32,000 nucleotides of DNA. It comes from Promethearchaeota archaeon (GTDB taxonomy: Archaea > Asgardarchaeota > Lokiarchaeia > Sigyniarchaeales > SOKP01). Below are positions 25,525 through 32,000 of the stretch, piece by piece. The first letter of the stretch is position 1, and the number at the start of each line of letters is the position of its first letter. The DNA is taken from assembly GCA_030606485.1 (NCBI GenBank), contig JAUWGH010000005.1, forward strand, positions 1-32,000. Reading direction: 5' to 3'. The notes beneath the pieces are model-generated. The model was not told the DNA's origin. It did no database searches and saw only the letters and a program-made list of their open reading frames with translations. The position numbers and the translations under genes were made by a program.

Positions 25525-26016
25525 ATGAAAGAAATTAAAGGCAAAGTCTTTTTATTCGGTGATGACATTAATACGGATGATATCGTTCCTCATCAGTATT
25601 TAAACTTGAGGGATGATAATGAAATTACTAAACATACCTTGGAAAATATAAGACCCAATTTTGCAGAATTTGTTAGAGAGGGCGATGTAATCGTTGCAGG
25701 TAAAAATTTTGGCTCGGGAAGTTCAAGAGAAGAAGCCGTCAATGTGCTTAAAACTCTTGGTATAAAAGCAGTAATCGCAGAATCTTTTGCTCGAATATAT
25801 TTTCGAAACTTAGTAAATCTAGGAATTCTCGCTATAAAATTAAAAAAAGCAAAGGAACAATTTTCTGAAGGAGATAACATAATTATCACTTTAGATAACG
25901 GTGAAATTATAAATCAAACAAAAGATATAAGGATCCCAATTGAAAAAATACCTGATTTCTTGCTAAAAATATTGGAATCTGGAGGAATTTTAAATAAAAT
26001 TAAGAAAAGCAAGTAA
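25525..26016 (+). CDS. leuD: 3-isopropylmalate dehydratase / homoaconitase family, small subunit
   Basis: FGDDINTDDIVP, AGKNFGSGSSREEA, AESFARIYFRN. Confidence 0.93.
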   Translation: MKEIKGKVFLFGDDINTDDIVPHQYLNLRDDNEITKHTLENIRPNFAEFVREGDVIVAGKNFGSGSSREEAVNVLKTLGIKAVIAESFARIYFRNLVNLGILAIKLKKAKEQFSEGDNIIITLDNGEIINQTKDIRIPIEKIPDFLLKILESGGILNKIKKSK

Positions 26017-26033
26017 ATTAATAGAATTTATTT

Positions 26034-26160
26034 TTAATTAAATTTATCAGGTATTTTAGGCAAACAAATTATATCTTTTATTTTTCGAAAATTCTTATCG
26101 AATGTGTAGATTCGATGTATTCTTTTTTAAATCGCTGAAATGACAGTATTATTAAAAAAG
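26034..26160 (-). pseudogene. 3' remnant of a PIN/VapC toxin gene
   Basis: Minus strand reads FFNNTVISAI*KRIHRIYTFDKNFRKIKDIICLPKIPDKFN*. IYTFDKNFRKIKDI matches the PIN C-terminal IxTFDxDF motif. Internal TAA and no 5' half. Confidence 0.55.
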
Positions 26161-26177
26161 GGAAATTTAGTTAATAT

Positions 26178-26714
26178 TTACATCAAAGCTTCTATTTCTT
26201 TTTGAATATCTTCAATTCTTTTTTTAGATTTTAATAGAATTTTACTTCTACCATACTTTTTGAACCATTTATTGAATCTCTGTTGAATAGTAACCTCTTT
26301 ATGCCCCGTAAAGTGCTTATCGGCTAAACATACAATTTTTTCTTCTAGTGTTTGAGGTAAATAGTCTTTTCTTGGTAACCCCACACTTTCCGCATCTTCT
26401 GCATCAAGCCCACCAAGAATGTGTCTCTCACAAATTAACGCTAACTCTTTTGGATACCCCATATTCCTTAAAATTTTACCACCAATAAGAGAATGCTTAA
26501 ATCCGTGTGTTTTTGAACGCCCAATATCATGTATTAGAGCTCCAATTTCTATTAAATTTTTATTGATTTCAGCTCTCTTGATCTTATTTGCAATTTCTAA
26601 AGCCTTTTTTGCAACTGCAATTGAATGTTTTCTAACATGTGCCGGAACTCTGACTTCTTTCAATAATTCTAGCACATGTTCTCTCGAAGGAATTATAAAT
26701 TCTTCTTGCTTCAT
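26178..26714 (-). CDS. HD-domain (HDIG) phosphohydrolase
   Basis: HSIAV, GALIHDIGRS, HSLIGG, ICERHILGG, EEKIVCLADK. Confidence 0.92.
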   Translation of the reverse strand: MKQEEFIIPSREHVLELLKEVRVPAHVRKHSIAVAKKALEIANKIKRAEINKNLIEIGALIHDIGRSKTHGFKHSLIGGKILRNMGYPKELALICERHILGGLDAEDAESVGLPRKDYLPQTLEEKIVCLADKHFTGHKEVTIQQRFNKWFKKYGRSKILLKSKKRIEDIQKEIEALM

Positions 26715-26845
26715 TTCCTAAGTTTAAGCCATTGATTTTGAATGTAAAATTGATAAATTTCCAGAAAATTTTTATTAACAGTAATTATTGTAATAATATT
26801 ATTTTATCCATAATAATCTTTTCAATTCCTTGAAGTAATACTCAT

Positions 26846-27784
26846 ATGCGAAAAAAGACCTATATCGAACCAGTTTGCGCCTCATGCACGTTTGAAATCG
26901 CATGTAAAACACTCAATCTTTCTCTGGAACAAACAAATCTTAATAAAGAAAAAAAGAAAGAAATTAAATTTAGAGCAATAAAACAAATTCTCAAAATTCT
27001 AGGAGAAGAATTTTCTGAATATAGCTATCCCTTTAGATTATCAGCAAAAGTGTATGAATCCATAAAAAATATTACCGGCATAATAGACCCTTATAAAAAT
27101 CTAAAAGAACTTAGCAATAAAACGATTCTAAACCTTGAAGACTTCTTTTGGAAGGAAATAAATAAAGGTAATACTTTCAAAGAAAAATTATATTTCGCAA
27201 TTCTTGGCTCGATAACCGGGAATCTAATCGATTTTGGCACTGCCGGCCATCAAATTAACCTAGAACCAGAAAATATTAAACAAAAATTTCATCAAATCAA
27301 AACTCATGGATTAAAAATCAATCAAATTGATAAACTAATCGAAAAACTCCAAAAATACAAAAAAGTATGCTATATACTTGATAATGCCGGCGAAATTGTA
27401 TTTGATAAAATGGTAATGAGATTATTAAAAGAAAATGGCATTATATCCACAGCAATCGTAAAAGGAGGATCAATTACAAACGATGCCACATTAGATGACG
27501 CAAATATGGTTAAATTAGAAGAATTTGCAGAAAAGATTATCACTACAGGCTCAAATTCTTATGGTATTGATCCAGAATTAGTGGATCAAAAATTTTTTCA
27601 ATGGCTTATCAACGAACCATTAATCATTGCTAAAGGACAAGCAAATCTAGAAACATTCATGTCATTATTTGAAAATATTAAATTAAAAAATGTTTTTTTA
27701 GTCCTCCGAGTTAAATGTGATGTATGTGCCCGCTTAATTGAAAATGTAGATAAAGGAGATAACGTCTTGGAATATATACATTAA
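26846..27784 (+). CDS. DUF89 / ARMT1-like damage-control phosphatase
   Basis: N-terminal CASC, GNLIDFG, LDNAGEIVFD, VKGGSITNDAT, AKGQANLE. Confidence 0.9.
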   Translation: MRKKTYIEPVCASCTFEIACKTLNLSLEQTNLNKEKKKEIKFRAIKQILKILGEEFSEYSYPFRLSAKVYESIKNITGIIDPYKNLKELSNKTILNLEDFFWKEINKGNTFKEKLYFAILGSITGNLIDFGTAGHQINLEPENIKQKFHQIKTHGLKINQIDKLIEKLQKYKKVCYILDNAGEIVFDKMVMRLLKENGIISTAIVKGGSITNDATLDDANMVKLEEFAEKIITTGSNSYGIDPELVDQKFFQWLINEPLIIAKGQANLETFMSLFENIKLKNVFLVLRVKCDVCARLIENVDKGDNVLEYIH

Positions 27785-27861
27785 ATATCTAATAATTTAA
27801 TGCGCGAATAAAGAAGAAAAAGAAGTTAAAAATATCTTAGAAATCTTGTAGAAATTAAAAT

Positions 27862-27880
27862 TTCCTTTTTTTTTTTATTT
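27862..27880 (+). terminator. Oligo(dT) tract, probable archaeal intrinsic terminator between convergent genes
   Basis: TTCCTTTTTTTTTTTATTT lies downstream of the DUF89 gene, in the gap before the convergent membrane-protein gene. Confidence 0.35.
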
Positions 27881-27921
27881 CATTTTATTCTAATCAGAAA
27901 TGTTATTTTTAGAGTAATTCT

Positions 27922-28431
27922 TTAAAATTCTTCATATGGACCGGAGGCAAAACCGAATGTGGAACCTCCAATTAATGAGCCTAGAGTTCCGCCTAAAATA
28001 ATACCAAATGTAATGATTAAATCTTCACCGGAAAATATACTTAGTAAATCTACCCCAGATAAAATGCCAAAAAGAATCCATACAAGAAAATCGATCACAA
28101 AAACTAACAATGCAGCTGCAATTCCTCTTTTAGTTCCCTTAGTGATACAAGCTGCAATTCCTCCCGTAAAAATCCATGCAAGCATATTACCGTTAAATAA
28201 TCCAATTATTACTCCTACAAAATCAGAGGGCATATTAGAAAAGAAACCAATTAAATTTAAATCTAACGAAAATGCCTTTCCAATCCATCTATACAGCCCT
28301 GTGCTCGGGGAAGTTTGCAAAGTTGTAATCATATCGCTGAAATCTATCCAATTGTAAAAACTCCAAGCCAAAAAAAAACTAATAAATATTCCTATGATAA
28401 TTCCAATAGGTAATCTTCCAATTCTTACCAT
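27922..28431 (-). CDS. Glycine-rich multi-pass membrane protein, unknown function
   Basis: 169 aa, 4 hydrophobic segments with GxxxG motifs. Confidence 0.85.
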   Translation of the reverse strand: MVRIGRLPIGIIIGIFISFFLAWSFYNWIDFSDMITTLQTSPSTGLYRWIGKAFSLDLNLIGFFSNMPSDFVGVIIGLFNGNMLAWIFTGGIAACITKGTKRGIAAALLVFVIDFLVWILFGILSGVDLLSIFSGEDLIITFGIILGGTLGSLIGGSTFGFASGPYEEF

Positions 28432-28609
28432 TTTTTTTCTCCTTTTTCTTACAATTTGAAAATTTATTATTTTTTGTACTATTATTTATTTTAAACATAA
28501 CTTAAGAACTTAAATTTTAATCTTTTTTTGTAGAAATCAAAAATTATTAAAGTTATATTTTATTAGAGTTTAATATTAAACTTATAAAAGATACTGTGTC
28601 AGAGATATT

Positions 28610-29428
28610 ATGTCTGAGAAAAAAGACGATGTATTAATAGATGATTTCGATGAGGTTTTTAAGGAAGATTTTGAAGAAATTGAGGAAGAAGAAGTTGAAG
28701 AAGAATTTATTATCCCTGTAGAAGAAAAGCCGGAGGAGGAAGAAATTGAAGAGATGGATGAGGAGATTAAACAGATGTTTTTAAGTAGTGGAATTCATAT
28801 TGGGACCAAAATTTTATCCGGCAAGTTGCGAAAGATTCATCTCGAAAACTATGGGTCATCGAATGACTTCATCTATCGCCAGACCAATTACGGGCTCTAC
28901 GTTCTCAACATTCGCCGAACTGAAGAAAGACTTCGCATTGCTGCTAAATGGGTTGCGAAATTTCTATTAGAAGGGAAAGCTAAAAGCGAACAATCTAAGA
29001 TTATAATATCTTCTGTAAGGAGGTATGGAAAAGAGCCTATAAGAAAATTTGCGGAAGCATTAGGTCCAAATGTAATTGAAAAGGATGTGAGATTTGTTCC
29101 CGGTTCGTTGACTAACCCAATTATGGAGGCTTACATTAAAAACGTTTCATTAGTAATAATCGTTGATCCACATGCAGATAAACAAGCACTGAAAGAAGCA
29201 AGAATAGCACGAATTCCAGTTTTATCGCTTATTGATACGGATGATGATCTTACTGGAGTAGATTTAGCAATTCCGGCAAATAATCGGGGTAAGAAGGCTC
29301 TTGGGTTAGTGTTCTTTTTATTGGCTCGAGAAATACTCAAGATAATAGGTCAAATAAGAACCGATGAGGAATTTCCATATACTAGAGAGGATTTTGAGTC
29401 AAAAATAGTTCCTGTAATGCGCGATTAA
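28610..29428 (+). CDS. rps2: 30S ribosomal protein uS2 (archaeal type) with acidic N-terminal extension
   Basis: SGIHIGTK, GLYVLNIRRTEERLRIAAK, RFVPGSLTNP, DPHADKQALKEA, IDTDDDLTGVDLAIPANNRG. Confidence 0.97.
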   Translation: MSEKKDDVLIDDFDEVFKEDFEEIEEEEVEEEFIIPVEEKPEEEEIEEMDEEIKQMFLSSGIHIGTKILSGKLRKIHLENYGSSNDFIYRQTNYGLYVLNIRRTEERLRIAAKWVAKFLLEGKAKSEQSKIIISSVRRYGKEPIRKFAEALGPNVIEKDVRFVPGSLTNPIMEAYIKNVSLVIIVDPHADKQALKEARIARIPVLSLIDTDDDLTGVDLAIPANNRGKKALGLVFFLLAREILKIIGQIRTDEEFPYTREDFESKIVPVMRD

Positions 29429-29464
29429 AATAATTTTGATAAATAATATTATTTGTAAATTAAT

Positions 29465-30247
29465 TTGAAAAAAAAAAAAATTAGTTTTTCTGGGAAAGGT
29501 GGAGTTGGAAAATCTACTCTTTCAATTTTTTTTTTAAAATATCTCATTAATAATTATCCCGACTTTGAAATATTAGTCATTGATGCCGATCCCGATTCAA
29601 ACATAGCCGATCTTTTAGGAATGGAGGTTCCTTTTAAAGATACGGTGGGTGGAATTACTACCAAGCTAAAGCATCAAATGGCAAACAGGGGTTTACCTCC
29701 GGGTATGTCTAAAAATCAAATGTTAGAAGCGGAAATTTACGATTCACTAATAGAAGAGGACAATTTTGATTTAATGGTAATGGGAAGGAGCGAGGGGGAG
29801 GGATGTTATTGTTATATTAACTCAATTTTAAAGACTATTCTTGATGACATCTCGAAAAATTATTCGATCACAATTTTGGATATGCCGGCTGGACTTGAGC
29901 ATTTTGCAAGAAAAACTGATAAAGATGTGGATGATTTGGTTATTGTGACTGACCCCAGTAAGATGAGTTTTCATACAATGAATAGAATTATCGAAATCAC
30001 TGATGAATTATCGTTAGAGTTTAAAAATATCTGGGTTATCGGAAACAGATTTTCAGACGGAATTAAATCACTTTTAGAAGGAGAGGTCACAAAAATTCAC
30101 AAAAAAAATGTTAATTTATTAGGTTTTATTCCCGAAGATGATGAGATTGGTGAATTTAATTTTATGGGAACGTCGATCTTGGAATTAAAAGAAAACAATA
30201 AGGCATTTTTAGAATTTAGTAATATTATATCTAAAATTTTAAAATAA
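29465..30247 (+). CDS. cooC: CooC/AcsF-type nickel-insertion ATPase (MinD/ParA family)
   Basis: Deviant Walker A GKGGVGKS, IDADPDSN, GRSEGEGCYC (CxC nickel site), DMPAGLEHF. Confidence 0.88.
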   Translation: MKKKKISFSGKGGVGKSTLSIFFLKYLINNYPDFEILVIDADPDSNIADLLGMEVPFKDTVGGITTKLKHQMANRGLPPGMSKNQMLEAEIYDSLIEEDNFDLMVMGRSEGEGCYCYINSILKTILDDISKNYSITILDMPAGLEHFARKTDKDVDDLVIVTDPSKMSFHTMNRIIEITDELSLEFKNIWVIGNRFSDGIKSLLEGEVTKIHKKNVNLLGFIPEDDEIGEFNFMGTSILELKENNKAFLEFSNIISKILK

Positions 30248-30268
30248 ATAAAACGTATAGGTTTTATT

Positions 30269-31612
30269 ATGACTGAAGAATCTATTCTTAATGAAATTGA
30301 ATCTAATCGAGAGGAATATATAAAGTTTTTACAGCGATTAATTCAAATTAATACATATAATCCTCCAGGAAACGAAAAGGATTTGGCTGTTGAGATTGAA
30401 AAATATTTGAAAGAAGCCGGTATTGAAAGTGAGATTTTTACTTTTGGAGATAATCGAGCTAATTTAATCGCCACATTAAATGATAATTTTGATGGCCCTA
30501 ATCTTCTTTATAATGGGCATATGGATACGGTCCCTCCTTCCTCCTTGGATGATTGGAAATATGATCCTCTTTCTGGTTTCATTAAAAGAAACAAGATAAT
30601 GTATGGGCGTGGAACTACGGATATGAAGTCAGGATTAGCAGGAATGATCATTGCTTTAAAAATACTCAAAAAATTAAATATAAATCTATCGGGCAATTTA
30701 ATTTTAAATGCAGTTGCAGATGAGGAAGTCGGAGGTAAATTAGGAACTAAATGGTGCTTAGATAATAAATTAAAATCGATCAGATGTGATTTTGGAATTG
30801 TTGGGGAATCAACAGGTTATAGTCCCTTACCAAAAGCGATCATTGTAGGGGAAAAAGGTATTTTACAAGTAAAAGTAGTCACAAATGGCGTTGCGTGTCA
30901 TAGTTCAATATCTTTTCAGGGGAAAAATGCAATTTATATGATGTCAGAGATAATTCAAAATTTAGATAAGATCAAAATTCCTGAAGTTGCTCCTCCGATG
31001 CCAGAAAGTAAATTATTAAAACTCTTAAGTTCGGCTTTCCCAAATGAAGAGATTTTTAATAGAATTTATAATGAACAACCACAATTGGAAAGTATCGTGA
31101 AATCACTTTTGCAATCAACAAAAAGTATGAATATAATAAAAGGGGGGGTAAAAGAAAATGTTGTTCCAGATTATTGTGAATCAATTATAGATTTTAGGTT
31201 GTTACCAGGTCAAAAACCAGAAGTGATTATTAATGCATTAAAAAAATTGATTACAGATATTGGATATAAAATTAAAGATAGTCCTAAAGGAGATCCAAAC
31301 GAAGTTTTTGTTTATTTAGAAATTTTTAATATAGCAGAACCTTCATATTGGAAAGATTGGGAGGATTCTCAAGAAATAAAAGACTTTTTTAGTTTAGTAG
31401 AGAAAATCTATAGAAAAAAACCAATATACTTTTTATTTCCAGGAACAACAGATGCTCAATATTATCGTAATAGCAATTTTTGTCAAAAAGTAATAAATTT
31501 TGGTCCTGGAAATGCTGCAACAATGCACGCTATAAATGAAAATTTGGAGATTCAAGATTTTATTAATGCTATTAAAGTTTATACTCTATGGGCTTATAAT
31601 TTCCTAAAATAA
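30269..31612 (+). CDS. M20-family metallo-hydrolase (ArgE/DapE-like)
   Basis: NGHMDTVP, GRGTTDMKSG, ADEEVGG, GES, GVKENVVP, TDA, HAINE. Confidence 0.93.
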   Translation: MTEESILNEIESNREEYIKFLQRLIQINTYNPPGNEKDLAVEIEKYLKEAGIESEIFTFGDNRANLIATLNDNFDGPNLLYNGHMDTVPPSSLDDWKYDPLSGFIKRNKIMYGRGTTDMKSGLAGMIIALKILKKLNINLSGNLILNAVADEEVGGKLGTKWCLDNKLKSIRCDFGIVGESTGYSPLPKAIIVGEKGILQVKVVTNGVACHSSISFQGKNAIYMMSEIIQNLDKIKIPEVAPPMPESKLLKLLSSAFPNEEIFNRIYNEQPQLESIVKSLLQSTKSMNIIKGGVKENVVPDYCESIIDFRLLPGQKPEVIINALKKLITDIGYKIKDSPKGDPNEVFVYLEIFNIAEPSYWKDWEDSQEIKDFFSLVEKIYRKKPIYFLFPGTTDAQYYRNSNFCQKVINFGPGNAATMHAINENLEIQDFINAIKVYTLWAYNFLK

Positions 31613-31663
31613 AAATTATATTAGTAATTTATTTTGGATTTCAGAGTATTTTCCGAATATAAA

Positions 31664-32000
31664 TTAATTTGAATTTATGTAATTTACAATTTCTTTTCTT
31701 TTTTTAAGAGATTTTTTTGCAGCATTTTTAATCATAATTTCCATTTGTTCGTAGTCTTCCGGAGTTTTTTCTCCGATCTGCTTTTTTATTTTAGTGTAAG
31801 CAGATTCTCTAAATCTTGGAAGAATTGTTGCAGACTTTTTATCTGCAAATATAAATTTCACTTCATTTGATTCATCAACAAGACCAATCTCAGAACATTT
31901 AATGCCAATATCTTTTAAATCATTGATTATATTTTCGCTTATCTTTTCATCACAATATATCAGAAGTGAATCTAACGATATACCTAAATAATCTACTCCC
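31664..32000 (-). CDS. AIR synthase-related (PurM/HypE/SelD superfamily) archaeal protein, 3' end; 5' part outside window
   Basis: The frame is open from the window edge: GVDYLGISLDSLLIYCDEK...PRFRESAYTKIKKQIGEKTPEDYEQM... The track's 65-aa ORF is only its tail. DYLGxSxDSLL and PxFRESAYT are motifs I recognise from this archaeal family. Confidence 0.7.
   Translation of the reverse strand, partial: GVDYLGISLDSLLIYCDEKISENIINDLKDIGIKCSEIGLVDESNEVKFIFADKKSATILPRFRESAYTKIKKQIGEKTPEDYEQMEIMIKNAAKKSLKKRKEIVNYINSN

Noticed and set aside
4399-30696. Short ORFs nested in or antisense to longer genes (4399, 17721, 18332, 18784, 21330, 22212, 22642, 22844, 23642, 25215, 25593, 26419, 27959, 28788, 29131, 30508)
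   Set aside because: They overlap well-supported genes and have no recognisable motifs; these are expected shadow or alternate-frame ORFs.
31664-31861. Stand-alone 65-aa protein starting at GTG
   Set aside because: The frame stays open to the window edge; it is the tail of a longer AIR-synthase-like gene.
1-32000. CRISPR array, tRNA or rRNA genes
   Set aside because: No regularly spaced 24-40 bp repeats and no GC-rich cloverleaf or rRNA-like segment seen on either strand.

Overview
AT-rich archaeal window, most likely a Lokiarchaeia (Asgard) genome. That assignment is inferred from an archaeal-type uS2, archaeal-type HD, DUF89 and AIR-synthase-like genes, and Loki-style membrane and zinc-ribbon proteins. 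It has two parts. (1) About 1-14.4 kb is an accessory, defence-island-like mosaic rich in predicted nucleases: a dsRBD-less RNase III with a Mini-III-type active site, two DUF3800 genes (one 5'-truncated), an ApeA-like HEPN, a Schlafen/AlbA_2 protein, a second RxxxxH HEPN, a three-gene operon ending in a UPF0332-type HEPN, a wHTH + YwgA/SocA-like pair, and a small PD-(D/E)XK-like gene missed by the ORF track (ATC start). These are interleaved with gene relics (HTH, acetoacetyl-CoA synthetase 3' end) and structured intergenic DNA, notably a 151-bp element with 16-bp perfect inverted repeats and two internal palindromes between the HEPN and Schlafen genes. (2) About 14.6-32 kb is mostly housekeeping: PLP aminotransferase, PmbA/TldD, three tandem LITAF-like zinc-ribbon membrane proteins (one apparently ATT-initiated), Tmk, M28 peptidase, a prenyltransferase-fold protein, LeuC/LeuD-type dehydratase, a PIN relic, HD protein, DUF89 phosphatase, uS2 with an acidic extension, CooC, M20 peptidase and a partial AIR-synthase-like gene. 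I found no rRNA, tRNA, CRISPR array, integrase or intact transposase. All family calls come from motif recognition by eye, not database searches.
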